Assembly (NCBI RefSeq): GCF_030144855.1
Contig: NC_082730.1
Span: 14,508,001-14,572,000 of the forward strand
Direction of reading: 5' to 3'
Source of the DNA: Hypanus sabinus
Taxonomy: Eukaryota
DNA length: 64,000 bases
The notes beneath the pieces were generated by a model that ran no database searches, had not been told where the DNA came from, and worked only from the letters and a program-made list of their open reading frames with translations. The position numbers and the translations under genes were made by a program. Shown here piece after piece: positions 38,004 to 50,914 of the stretch (position 1 is the stretch's first letter; each line of letters begins with the position of its first letter).

Positions 38004-40569
38004 CTGAAATTCAATTTCATCTGCTTTGTATCTGCAAGAACAAAAGATCACAATTGTTGGAGCAAAAGTTACATGGGCATGGTGGACCAAATGTGATCTG
38101 TTACTCAATGAACATTTAAAGATTAAAGATGTGATTAATTTGTGACATGTTCATCAGAACATACAGTGAAATCCATCATTAATAACAACCACCAACATTT
38201 GTTTCTACTGTAAATGTTTGCATGAAAACCTGAGTCTGTCACGTCTCGCTGCATTTGATTCAATGCAAACCATAAAAGTATGCAAATTACTTTCAGAATT
38301 GAGTCACAGGCACAAAGTCAGTCATCACTGGAGCTGATTTAGCAGACCGTTAATTGCAGGTGGCAGTCTCAGATCAGGACAGAGATAAGTCAGCCTTGCG
38401 GTGTGTTGACCTGAACAACAGGCCTGTCTCTCACCTATGACGGACATTCCTGTACTCAAAAAGTTCTAAAATTAATGCTGACCATGAGACAATGGGACCA
38501 TAAGACATCGGAGCAGAATTAGGCCATTCAGCCTATCCAGTCTGCTCTGCCACTCCATCATGGCTGGTTTGTTATCCCACTCAATCCAAAACACCTGCCT
38601 TCTCTCATACCCTTTCATGCCCTTTGAAATCAACAAATTATCGAGCTCTGCTTGAACTGTACCCAATAACTTGGACTCAACAGCATCTGATGCACGAATC
38701 CCAGAGATTCACCCCCTCTGGCTGAAGAATTTTCACTTCACATCTGTTGTAAAGCACGTCCTCCTCGTGGAATGCGTGGGATTTCCACGAGTGCTTCCGT
38801 TTTCTCCCACAGTCCAGAGATGTATCAGGTAAGTTCATTGGTCATTGCAAATTGCCCTGTCATTAGGTTAGGGTGAATTGGTTTTGTTAAGGTTTGCTGG
38901 GCTGGTGTGTCTCGAAGGGTCAGAAAGGCAGAATCCGCAATCTATTGCTAAATAAATAAAATTAAATGTTGTGCTCTGAGACTGTGCCCTTTGGTCCTGT
39001 ACACCCCCACTACAGCAAAACATCCTCCCCAAATCCACTCTATCTTGGCCTTTCAGTATGTTTCAGGGTTTATTGAGATTCCCCCTTATTCAAAGTCAAA
39101 TTCAAAGTAAAAATATGTTATCAGAGTACAGACAGGTCACCGCATGCAACCCTGAGATTCTTTTTCTGTAGGAAATCTTAGAAAATCTACAGTACAGTAA
39201 TTGTAAGCTGGATCAATGAACAACAAACTGGGCAAACTCTGACTTTATTGTCCCCAAACTTTGCCACAGAGCCATCAAAACCAAATCATTCCACAAAACG
39301 TGAAAAGAAGCTGTCCCAACACAGTCCACTACAGAACATCATGAGTCACAGATAGGCAACCGGAAAGGGGCCCTTTATTCACTCTCTTTCTCGCTTGTCA
39401 GTCAACCAATCTTCTTTCCCTGCTGGAATCTTTTCAATAATAATGTGGCTTCTTATCTCATTTTGCAGCCTCATGTGTGGCATCTTGTCAAATGCCTTCT
39501 AAAAATCCAAGTAAGCGACATGTACTGACTCTCCTTTGTTGATCCCACCTGATACTTCCTCAAACATATCCAACAGATTTTTTAGGCAAGATTTCCCCAA
39601 CAGGAAATCATATTTTATCATGCACCCTAAAACCTCAGCCTTTGAAATGTCTTCCCAAACATGGAAGTCAGGCTAGCTAGTCTGTAATTCTCTTTCACTT
39701 ACCTACATCTCTTCTTCAAGAGTGCAGTGCAATTTCCAATTGTTCAGTCCTACAAAACCATTCCAGAATCCAGTTATTCTTGAAAGATCACTACTAATGC
39801 CTCCACAGTCTCTTCAGCTTCCTGTTTCAGAGCCCTAGATTGCAGTATATCTGATCCAAATGCCTTATCTACCTTCAGGCCGCTCATCTTCCCAATCACC
39901 TCACCTTAGTAACACAGCTACCCTCACTTCTGCACCCTGACATAGCTGAATTTCTGTCACACTGCTTGTGTCTTCTTCAGTGACAAATTATGCAAAATAC
40001 TGAATAAGTTTGTCCTCCATTTCTTCATCCCTCATAACTACTTCTTCAGCATCATTACCCAGTGATCTGATATCCACTCATGCTTCTCTTTTACTCTTCA
40101 CATATCTGAAATTCTTTTGGTCTCTACTTTTATATTATTGGCTAGTTTTCCTTCATATTTCATCTTTTCTCTCCTTATTGTTTTTCTTGTTCCCTTCCCA
40201 ATTCTCTAACTTAACACAAATTGTTTGCTATATCATATGTCCTCCCTTTTATTTTTATGACAGTGTGACTGTCTAAGAACGCAACACCCATTCCAGCATC
40301 ATTAATACAGAAACCAGAAGTATGAATGGAATGCTCTCCGTTTGTCTGGATGTGCAAGTCCAACTATGTGAAATGTGCTCCACATGTTCCTGGAGGAAGC
40401 AACAGACTTAACTGTTCATTACACTTTATTTCTACTCCTTGGAGGCTGTGATGTGTAGCTTCTACAAATGCAAAGAAATTCCTTACCCTCACTAGAAGTA
40501 TAAGAGCAGCGGAAATACAGAAACAAAAAGAAATATTTAAGTTTATCCTCCCTTGAAAGTAGAACTTAC

Positions 40570-40868
40570 TGGTGCCATTGATTTCTGTCACAAAACTCAG
40601 ATTTCTTTACCATTCCACTGGATTTTATTCCAAGCCTATTCAAGGCTCTGCAGTAATAGCTATGGGCCTGGAGGTTTAAAGATTGACCAGGAAGAACCAG
40701 TTCATCAGTGTCTGAGATCTTTTGATCTTCAGATGAGTTTTTTTTTATGCCAAGTGTACTGAATGGGAAGGGATCGCTGGAGGGACTCACAGGACACTGA
40801 TAGTGAACCCCTGAGACGTGAGACATTTGCTGGTGACAGATATCGAAGCACAGGAACAGACACAGGTT
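40570..40868 (-). pseudogene. Receptor copy 2, frameshifted C2-type Ig exon
   Basis: 299 nt versus 321 in copy 1. A +1 A in an A9 run gives WHKKKLI*, and 23 nt are missing after GMV. Splice sites are retained. Confidence 0.85.
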
Positions 40869-40919
40869 CTGTGGGAAAGAATTAAACAATCAGATACTGA
40901 ATGAACACCTGAAAATCAA

Positions 40920-41480
40920 ACACTCTGCTGCCACTTTATTAGGTACACCTGTTCACTAATGAAAATATCTAATTAGTCTATCACCTGACAGCAACGCAGT
41001 CCATAAAAGCATGCAGACATAACCAAAAGGTTCAGTGGTTGTTCAGGGCAAACATCAGAATGGGGAGGAAATGTGATCTCAGTGACTTTGACATGGAATA
41101 ATAGTTGGTGCCAGAAGGGGAGGTTTGAGTATCCCAGAAACTGTTGATCTCCTGGGATTGTCATGTACAACAGTCTCTAGAGTTTACAGAGAATGGTGTG
41201 AAAAACAAGAAATATCCAGTGATCAGCAATTATGTGAGCAAAATGCCTTGTCAATGAGAGAGGTCAGAGAAGAAAAGCCAGACTGGTTCAAGCTGATTGA
41301 TAGATGACTGGAAGTCAAATAACTATGTTTTATCACAGTGGTGTGTAGAAGAGCATCTGAACACACAACACATCGAATCTTGAAATTAGTCAGCCATAGC
41401 AGCAGAAGAGCATAGAGATAAACTCAGCTGACATTTTCATTAAGCTTTGGGAGTATCGAATGAAGTGGCCATTGAGTGTT
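40920..41480. mobile_element. Tc1/mariner-derived element in intron 2 of copy 2
   Basis: Same position and sequence as 1351-1918. Confidence 0.7.
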
Positions 41481-41851
41481 TAAAGGCAGCAGCTTGTGAG
41501 GTATCCATCACATCCTGAGGCTTTCAGGAGAAAATGAAATTGTGACTGGGTTCAGTAACCTGCCATAGAGAGGGAAACATTTGGCACTGATATTAATGCA
41601 GAGAGAGTGAGGGGTGGACAGAGTCTGGACAAAGATCTTGTACTCTGCCCTGAGGCTGAGCAGGAGGAGGGGGAGATTGTTGTTCTACTGACACATCCAC
41701 GAGATGGGTATTTCTCCATTCAACAAACGTAACCCTGGGATCCGCACATCGTCACTGCCCAGGACATCTAATGCACTGACCCTTCCCAGAGGAAACATGG
41801 ATGAGACATTTATTTCACTGAAGGCACAAAGTCAGTCACTGAGAAACCTAC

Positions 41852-42172
41852 CCTCAGATACTTGTAAATGTACATCAAACATTGGATCGACACCTGGTGT
41901 TGTAATTCCACAGCTGTACCATCCTGTATCTCCAAAGCGAAGATCCTCCATAGTAACAGTAAATATTCCCCGTTCCAGGTTATCTGTGATTAACATTCGT
42001 CCACTCCGTCTGTGTTGCCCATTTATTTCCACTAAAACTAAACATTGACAAGTCCATCCATGGCACCAATACTTTGTGTCTGAGCGGTACTTTGCTTCAT
42101 AGTTACAATTGATTGTGATCGCTCTTCCCACATATCCTCCGATATATTCCTCTGCCCACAATGCACCTGAAA
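41852..42172 (-). CDS. Receptor copy 2, V-type Ig exon (open frame)
   Basis: 321 nt, same splice sites as copy 1, with ITINC, KYWCHGWTCQC and DTGWYSC. 31 amino-acid differences from copy 1 over about 104 aa. Confidence 0.9.
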
Positions 42173-43575
42173 CTGAGGGAGGCATTTTCATATTTGAAGG
42201 GAAAAGAGCAACTTAATGCAAACAAATATTTTTGAACTTGATGGTAAAACAGGTCCAGGTCGCGTCCCGCATGTGGCCCATGATGCCACAGCCAATGATT
42301 TTGGTGTGAAGTGCAGTCAGTGCCGTTGCTGTGTCAGTGCTCTCTCCCCTGTGTCAGTACATTGTGGGTTCACTTCCCACTCCAGAGTCCTGAGCAGAAA
42401 CCCAGGGCTGACCTTTCACTGCTGTACTGAGAGAGAGTGGCAATATTGAATTATAAATTACCTCAGATCATGCTTAACTTTCAAATGTACACAAAGATCC
42501 CAGGTAATTTATTTGGGATAGATAGCACTACTGTACATGGAAGTTTGTGTGTGTTTCTTGCATTCCAGGGTTGAGTCGGGGGTTGGTACGATTATCTGAG
42601 TTCAGGTTTCAATTCTCTCCATGATGCCAACGACCTGACCTCCTCCTTACTGACAGACAAGTTTATAAGCTGCAGAAAGAAACCCATCATGATGTCTGAA
42701 ACTGTGTCCTCTGGTTCTGATGGAAATTTTATATATTGTACCTGTCAAGTATTTCTATGTGCAGTTAGAAGGTGGTGCAACAGTGGTCATTACCACTTCA
42801 GTGTCTAGAAATCATTCAATTTCTGTTGGGATACATTGAGAGTTTAAATCTGATTAATTATTTCTGGAATTAAAAACCACATGTCAATAATGATAATGAT
42901 CAACTACAAGATTGTCAAAATCCCATCTGGATTTTGGCATTTAGAGACAGTCATCTCTCACCACTCCCTACCCTGGTTTACCTTTGACTCCACATCTAGT
43001 AATGTTCTTTACTAATTGCCCCACTGAAATGGCGCAGGAAAGACACTGATATCAAGAGAATAATGTCAATTTTCATAGTGATCCTTGCAGCGTGTGATCA
43101 GATTCCAGCAATGGTAGTCCTGATGTTCCCATTTAGCAGTCTCTAGAAATCTCCACCTGGACATACTCTCCCCCCACTTGGCTCCACACTATTCCCCTTT
43201 TCTCCTTTATCTGCTTCCACCTCTCATGCGTCTCCAAATTCCACCCCTGTTCCTCCTCATTCATTTTTCCTGTCGTGTTTCACCCCTCCTCAGTCCCGAC
43301 CACCTAGTGGACTCAGTCTCACACCTCCCCCTCTCCTATTTACACAATCTCCCTCTCCATTCACACCTGATGCAGGGTCTTGACCCAAATCATTGACAAT
43401 TCCACTCCCACTGACAGAAGCTGCTTGACCCACTGAGTTCCTCCAGGAGTGTACTCTCAACTCCAGTTTCTGACATCTTTCGTGTCTACAGATATTCAAG
43501 TATTGTTCTGAAAATGGTGTACGACCCCCAAACCAACACTGATTATGCAAACATCCAGCACAATTTGTCACTCAC

Positions 43576-43612
43576 CAGGCAGGAAACCAATCAGAATAAT
43601 CAAAATCCACAT
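43576..43612 (-). CDS. Receptor copy 2, leader exon MWILIILIGFLP
   Basis: aaaATGTGG start, 12 codons plus 1 nt, donor CCTG|gtgagt. Confidence 0.85.
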
Positions 43613-43672
43613 TTTTCTATTCACAGAGACCCAGCCAGGACCTGTCTGTCTTCAGAGAAATAACTGTGAAAT

Positions 43673-43700
43673 AAAAATGAGGAAGAAGGCAGCAGGAAGT
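43673..43700. promoter_or_regulatory. Candidate promoter of copy 2 (PU.1 box and ETS site retained)
   Basis: AAAAATGAGGAAG and CAGGAAGT. The adjacent C/EBP-like and RUNX segment of copy 1 is absent. Confidence 0.45.
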
Positions 43701-44727
43701 TTGAAGTGAGAATCTGGAAAGCTTTTAGCTATATTGATCAAGATAGAAATACTTGAACAATATCTAAAGACTGAATGAAATGGTGAAAAGAGTTGAAATA
43801 TTAGACACAAGCAACAGCAGATGTTCTAATCTGAACTGCAAATGGCTGGAGGTGTCCTGAAACAGGGGATTAATCTGAAATGTGACCACTCTGTCTCCTC
43901 AGATCCCACACGACTCCAGAAGTTTTATTTTTTGTATGACTTAAACATGCTCACTGGAGTTTAGAAGAATGGGGGGAGGGGTGTCTCGTTGAAACCTATT
44001 GAATATTGAAAAGCCTAGAGAGTGTGGTTGCAGAGAGGATGTTTTCTGCAGTAAGTGAGTCTACAACCGGACGGCACAGCCTCAGAGTACAGAAAAGTTC
44101 TTTAGACATAGGGTGGCGAATCTGTTGCATTCATTGCCATAGATGGCTGTGGAGGCTAAGTCATTCAATATATTTAAAGTGGAGTTTGATAGGTTCTTGA
44201 TTCATAAAGGCATCAAAGGGTACTGGGGTGGCAGGAGAATATGGTCGAGAAGGCTTAATTCTACTCCTCTGCCTTTTTGGTCTTGTGGTCCTCTAATACT
44301 GGCACCAACCTGGTGAGTCTCTTTTGCAACATGAATTCTTGAATGTTCATTGCTCATCCAATGCCAGAAGCCCTCTTTGACACTTACTTTACCATCTCTG
44401 TCTGTTCCAAATCTTGGAAAGTTATGGACCTGCCTTGAAGATAATTCAATCAAACACAACACACGGGGAAGACATGACATGAGTCCTGATGAAGTGACTC
44501 AGCCTGAAAGATCAATCATGTACTCATTTCTATAGATTCTGCCTAATTGAAGGAGTTCCACCAGCTTTTCGCCCGTGTTGACATAATTTTTGGGAACTTG
44601 CTGCTGAGGAGGGAGCAAAGTGGGAAATAAGTGTATATAGAAGGGACTTTTCATGCAAACTTAGCAGACATTCTTGGCTTCATTCTCTCTTCTCCTTAAA
44701 CCTTGAAAGCTCACCTCTTCTGAATTC

Positions 44728-45262
44728 CTCAGGCAGTTGAGGATGTTTGGTATGGGCCCCCAAATCCTAAGAACTTTCTATAGGGGCACAATTGAGAGCA
44801 TCCTGACTGGCTGCATCACTGCCTGGTGTGAGAACTGTACCTCCCTTAATCACAGGACTCTGTAGAGAGTGGTGCAGACAGCCAAACACATCTGTAGTTG
44901 TGAACTTCCCATGATTCAGGACATTTACAGAGACAGGTGTGTAAAAAGGGCCTGTGGGCCATTGGGGACCCAAACCATCCCAACCACAATCTAGTCCAGC
45001 TGCTACCATCCAGGAAGTGGTACTGCAGCAGAACAGCCAGGACCAACAGGCTCCGGGACAGCTTCTTCCACCAGGCCATCAGACTGATGAACTCCTGCTG
45101 ACTTGAGGGTACTCTATATTGCATTGACAGTTCTATTTATTATAAATTATTATAAATTACTATGATTGCACATTGCGCATTTAGATGGAGATGTAATGTA
45201 ATGATTTTTTACTCCTCATGTATGTAAAGAATGCATGAAATAAAGTCAATTCAATTCAATTC
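44728..45262 (+). mobile_element. Rex1/Babar-type 3' insertion with GAATTC target-site duplication
   Basis: GAATTC at 44722-44727 and 45263-45268, single at the empty paralogous site near 5665. (caatt)n tail. Confidence 0.85.
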
Positions 45263-45639
45263 GAATTCTATTCCATCTGTCGGTGCAATCCAGAAGCTCT
45301 GAGGGGATTTCACTTTGCTTCAGTTAGATGTGAGGGGAAACAATCTAAATGGAATTACACATTCACAATGGGGTAAAATCCACATCAGATCCATTCTTAA
45401 ACCAAATCAACTCCATTTGATGGTAAATGATCTGTGTGGGTAGACAACCCCTGTAGTATCTATTTCCCACAGAATAACAGAGCACAGTAAATGAACAGTT
45501 CATACTTATCTAAGGAGAAGAAATTTCTATCTTTCCTATCTCACTCCCATGGTCTCCATGACACCTGAAACTGCACACATTTCCTCACCTTCTCAGTAGC
45601 TAGCTTCCCAATATCTCTATTAGATCTATTAAGTTACAC

Positions 45640-46285
45640 TGTGGTTAAGACAGCATGCGGTGCATTGGCCTTCATCAATTGTGGGATCGAGTTTAGGAGC
45701 TGAGAGGTAACGTTGCAGCTATATAGGACTCTAGTCAGACCCCACTTGGAGTACTGTGCTCAGTTCTGGTCGCCTCACTGCAGGAAGGATGTGGAAACCA
45801 TAGAAAGGGTGCCGGGGAGGTTTACAAGGATGTTGCCTGGATTGGGGAGCATGCCTTAGGAGAACAGGTTGAGTGAACTTGGCCTTTTCTCTTTGGAGAG
45901 ACGGAGGATGAAAGGTGACCTGAAAGAGGTGTATAAAATGATAAGAGGCATTGATTTTGTGGCTTGTCAGAGACTTTTTCCCAGGGCTGAAATGGCTAGT
46001 ATGAGAGGGCACAGTTTTAAGGTGCTTAGAAGTAGGAAAGGAGGAGATGTCAGGGGTGGGTTTTTTATGCAGAGAGTGGTGAGTATGTGGAATGGGCTGC
46101 CGGTGACGGTGATGGAGGCGGATACAATAGCATCTTTTAAGAGACTCCTGAATAGGTACATGGAGCTTAGCAAAATAGAGGCCTATGGGTAATATCAGGT
46201 AATTTCTAACATAAGGACTTGTTTGGCACAGCTTTGTGGGCCGAAGTGGCTGTATTGTGCTGTAGGTTTTCTATGTTTCTATTTT
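45640..46285 (+). mobile_element. CR1 3' end, relatively young
   Basis: SELGLFSLERRRMKGDLKEVYKM.RGID ORF2 C-terminus and tail. Absent at the paralogous site near 6150. Confidence 0.8.
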
Positions 46286-46599
46286 TCAAAGTGTGATCTA
46301 TCCAGACAAATGCTGTGTGATTCCCTGGGGCAAATGTCCTGAATCATGGGAAGTTCACAACTACAGATGCACTTGGCTGTCTGCAACACCTCAAGTGCTT
46401 TTATCCTCTAATGCCCTTGATATAAATGCCAACACTGCATTTGCCTTCTTTACCATAGATTCACCCTGTAAATTACCCTTCTGGGAGTCGTGCACGAGGA
46501 CTCCATAGTCCCTCTGATGTTTGAACCTTCTCCCCATTTAGATAATAGTCCGCCCTATTGTTCCTTTTACCAAAATGCATCATCATACATTTCCCAACA

Positions 46600-47395
46600 C
46601 TGTACTCCATCTGTCACTGTTTTGGTGGTCCATGTCAGCTGTTTTGACAACATAACTCCAAGGAACTTTAGGTTTTCCACACTTTCCACTACCTCTCCAT
46701 GTTTATGGAGAGGGGTGTGTACTCTGTCCTTTGATCTCCTGAAGTCAATGATCATCTGTTTTGTTTTGTAAGTGTCAAGGACCAGGTCGTTTTCCTTACA
46801 CCACTCTGTCAGATGATCCACTTGGAGCCTATAGGCTGTTTCATCCTCATCCAAGATCAGGCCAACCACTGTGGTACGTTCCGCAAAGTTAATTATGGAG
46901 TTGGAGGTGTAGATGGGAGTGCAGTCATGTATGAAGAGTGTGTAGAGCATAGGGCTCAGCACACAGCCCTGTGGGGTGCCTGTGTTTGAGATGAGGGTGG
47001 TGGAGGTGGGATTACCAACTCTGACATGCTGTGGTCGGTCTGTGCGAAAGTCCATGACCCATGAGCACAGGGAGGAACCAAGGCCAAGAGTGTTCAGTTT
47101 GCTGACCAGTTTATGGGGGATGACTGTGTTAAATGCAGAACTAAAGTCGATAAGTAACATCCTCACTTAAGTGTTCGGTTCCTCTAAGTGAGTCAGAGCA
47201 ATATGGAGGGCTGTTGTGACTGCATCCCCTGTGGGGAGGTTTGCCCCATAGGCAAACTGGTGTTTGTCCAGATCAGGTCAGATTGTAGGCTTAATGTGTG
47301 AGAGCACAAGTCTCTCAAAGCACTTCATGGCTATGGGTGATAGTCATTCAGGCACTTCACAGCTGATTTTTTGGGCACTGGGATGATGTTGGGAG
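46600..47395 (-). mobile_element. Rex1/Babar-type RT fragment
   Basis: 199-aa ORF: [14 protein letters not shown]...[19 protein letters not shown]...[11 protein letters not shown]. Confidence 0.85.
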
Positions 47396-47399
47396 TTTT

Positions 47400-47975
47400 A
47401 CGGCACTTTGGAACACCAGCTCCATTCTTCCAATTTGCCTAAGTCCTGCTGCAATTGCATTGCTTCCTCAGAACTACTTTCCCCTCTACCTATCTTCATA
47501 TCTTCCACATACTTTGCCACAATGCCATCGATTGCATTATCTAAATCATTGATAAACAATGTGAAAAGCCATGGTCCCAATACTGACCCCAGAGGAACAC
47601 CATTTGTCACCCGCAGCCAACCAAAAGAGACCTCTTTTATTCCCACTTTCTGCCTCCTACCTGTCAGCCATTCTGTTATCCAGGCCTGTATCCTTCCTGT
47701 AACACCATAGGATTTTACTTTGTTAAGGAGCCTCATCAAACACCTTCTGAAAATCCAAGTAAATGACATCCACTGCCTCTCCTTTGTCCACTCTGCATGT
47801 TAGTTCCTCAAATAAATCTAATAGATTTGTCAGGCAAGATTTCCCTTCACAGAAACCATGCTGACTTTGACTTATGTTATCATTAGTTCCCAAATACATT
47901 AAAGCCTCATCCTCGATAATGGATTCCAAAACTTTCCCAACCACTGAGGTTAGGCTAATTGGCCAGATATTATAC
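47400..47975 (-). mobile_element. CR1 RT fragment
   Basis: ISLTSVVGKVLESII...QHGF...DFQKVFD and GVPLGSVLGP..F..FINDLD. Confidence 0.85.
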
Positions 47976-48089
47976 TGAGAATATGAGTTGTAGAGTCCTT
48001 GAAGGTGAGTCCATAGATTATGTTCAGTGATCATTTCAGTGTTGGGGTGCCTGAGGCTATCCACCCAGGTTCAAGAGCCTGATGTCTGC

Positions 48090-48610
48090 AGGAAAATTAA
48101 CTCCCTCACACTGGGTCTCCCACTTGGACACAGAGCCAGGACTCCAATTTGGACATAGAGCCGGGACTCCATCTATTTGTGGCGGCCCAGAACGTCCATA
48201 GCCACACTGGCGAAGATCAAGAGTTTCTAATGACTGGCCTTCTGGTAATGACCTTCTTGATGCAAGTTTCTGATGAAGGTTCAGCAAAGGAATAGATGCA
48301 ATAGATGTTGCAAGCTCGAAATGAGGATCAGGTGACTCAATCAAGGTGCCAAATTGGACACGGGGAGAAAGGAATAACCGGAACGTAGAGTCCACGGACT
48401 GGACCGTGATAAAAGCAAGACACATGCCACTGCAAAGCCATTCAGGATACATTGGAACTCTTTGTCAGAGTGTGCTCCAAAGGTGTTGTCATTCGCATAC
48501 TGAAGCTCCATGATAATGATGGTGCTGACCATGTTCCTGGCCTTGAACTGGTTGAGGTTGTAAAGTCTTTTGTCCATTCTGTACATGATTGGGATTCACT
48601 GTGGCAGATC
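48090..48610 (-). mobile_element. RTE-type RT fragment
   Basis: YRMDKRLYNL..FKA...ELQYANDN (degenerate YADD). Confidence 0.7.
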
Positions 48611-49100
48611 TTAGCCAGTGATCTTGGCATTCAGAATGAGGTAGTAAAGTAGATAAGTCATCGGCTTTGTGGGAGAAACCAGAGAATGGTATTAAAGTGA
48701 TTCCTCTCTAACTAGAAGCCTGTGACTAGTGTTGTTTGTCATCTATATCAATGATCTGGATGAAAATGTGGTTAACTGGATCAGCAAATTTGTAGAGTAA
48801 ACCAAGGACTTGGGGGTGTAGTTGATGGTGTGGAAGGCTATCATGGCTTACCGAGAGATTTACATCAGCTGGAAAAGTGGGTTGAAAAATGGCAGATGGA
48901 ACTTAATGCAAACACATGTGTGAATTTGCACTTCAGTCCGACCAACCAGGGTAGGTACACAGTGAACGGTAGGGCACTGAGGACTGTGGAAGCACGAAGG
49001 GATCTGGGAATACAGGTCCACAATTCATTGAACGTAGTATCACTTGTAGATAGGTTCTTAAAAAAAAACTTTTGCATATTGGCTTTTTTAAATCAATGTA

Positions 49101-49275
49101 CAAACCCCATTTCCAGAAAAGTTGGGATATTTTCCAAAATGCAATAAAAACAAAAATTTGTGATATGTTAATTCACGTGAACCTTTATTTAACTGACAAA
49201 AGTGCAAAGAAAAGATTGTCAATAGTTTAATTGACCAACTTAATTGTATTTTGTAAATATACACAAATTTAGAAG
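49101..49275 (+). mobile_element. Tc1-like transposon terminal fragment
   Basis: TA followed by CAAACCCCATTTCCAGAAAAGTTGGGA, a Tc1-type terminal repeat. It interrupts a CR1 fragment. Confidence 0.65.
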
Positions 49276-49329
49276 ATCATCTCTCCGATACCTGTAGATG
49301 GGTGGAAATTACACTGATCAATCAGGGAG

Positions 49330-50910
49330 TACTTCAGGTAGTGGAAGGAATTGAACTGACTTTATTTATATCTTACATCCTTCAGATACATGTGGAGTAA
49401 AAATCTTTATGTTACGTATCCATCTAAATGTGCACTTTGTAATAAATAGCAGTAGTACAACATCTGTACAACAAAGCAGTCAATATAGCATAGAAATACA
49501 ATTGTATCAGTGTGAATTAATCAGTCTGATGGACTGTTTGAAGAAGCTGTCTCAGAGACTGTTGATCCTGGCTTTTATGCTGCTGTACCGTTTTCCGGAT
49601 GGTAGCAGCTGGAGCTGTTTGTGGTTGAGGTGACTCGGGTCCACAATGATGCTTCAGGCACTTTTTACACACCTGTCTCTGTAAAAGTCCTGAATAGTGG
49701 GAAGTTCACATCTACAGATGTGCTGGGCTGTCCGCACCACTCTCTGCAGAGTCCTGCGATTGAGGGAGGTACAGTTCCCACACCAGGCAGTGATGCAGCC
49801 AGTCAGGATGCTCTCAATTGTGCCCCTATAGAAAGTTCTTAGGATTTGAGGACTCATGCCAAACTTCTGCTAACATCTGAGGTGAAAAAGATGCTGTTGT
49901 GCTTTCTTCTCCACAGAGCTGGTATGCACAGACCATGTGAGATCCTTGGTGATGTGTATGCTGACGAACTTAAAGCTGTTCTCCTTCTCAAACCCAGATC
50001 CGTTGATGTCAATAGGGGTTAGACTGTCTCCATTCCTCCTGTAGTCCACAACCTTTGTTTTTGCGACATTGAGGAAGAGGTGCTTCTCTTGACCCCACTG
50101 TGTCAGGGTGGTAACTTCCTCTCTGTAGGCTGCCTCATTATTGAGATAAGGCAAAGCAATGTAGTGAGCAAATTTAATTAGCAGATTGGAGCTGTGGGTG
50201 GTAACACAGCTGGGGTATACAGAGAGTAAAGGAGGGGGCTTAGGACACAGTCCTTAGGGGCAGAAGTGAGGGAGCTCATTCTTACCACCAGCTGGGGACC
50301 TGACAGGAAGTCCAGGATCCAGCTGCACAAGGCAGGGTGAAGGCCGAGGTCTCTGAGCTTCTTGTCAACCCTGCAGGGCATTATGGTATTGAAAATTGAA
50401 CTGTAGTCCAAGAACAGCATTCTCACGTAAGCATCCTTCTTCTCCAGATGTGTAAGGACGGTGTGTAGAGCTGTGGCTATTGTGTCATCTGTTGATCAGT
50501 TGCGCTGATTGGTGAATTGTAGATGGTACAGTGTGGGTAATGCTATGCTGCAGATGTAGTCTTTCAAAGCATTTGCTTATTATTGAGGTGAGTGCGACAG
50601 GATGCCAGTCGCTCAGACATGTTACCTTGATCTTTTTAGGTACCGGAACAATGGAGGATGTCTTGAAGCAGGAGGGCACTCTACACTGGGAGAGGGAGAG
50701 ATTAAAAATGTCTGTAAACACACCTGCCAGTTGTGCTACACACATCCCCAGTAGACCCCCGGGATGTGGTCTGGTCTCGCAGCCTCAGAGATGACTGAAG
50801 TGTAAGTCTCTTTAGCAGCTCTCCTCGGGGGCTCAGCGTCGGTGACATTGAACTGAGCGTAAGAAAGATTTAGCTCATCTGGGAGAGCGGCAGCGATGTT
50901 GGCAGCATCA
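49330..50910 (-). mobile_element. Rex1/Babar-type LINE, internally deleted
   Basis: [14 protein letters not shown]...[25 protein letters not shown] and FYRGTIESILTGCITAW. Confidence 0.85.
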
Positions 50911-50914
50911 CTAC

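Larger units (their letters stand above)
37761..43612 (-). pseudogene. Receptor copy 2, probable pseudogene (leader, V, frameshifted C2, stalk)
   Basis: Collinear paralog of copy 1 including introns. The C2 exon carries two frame-disrupting indels. Confidence 0.75.
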
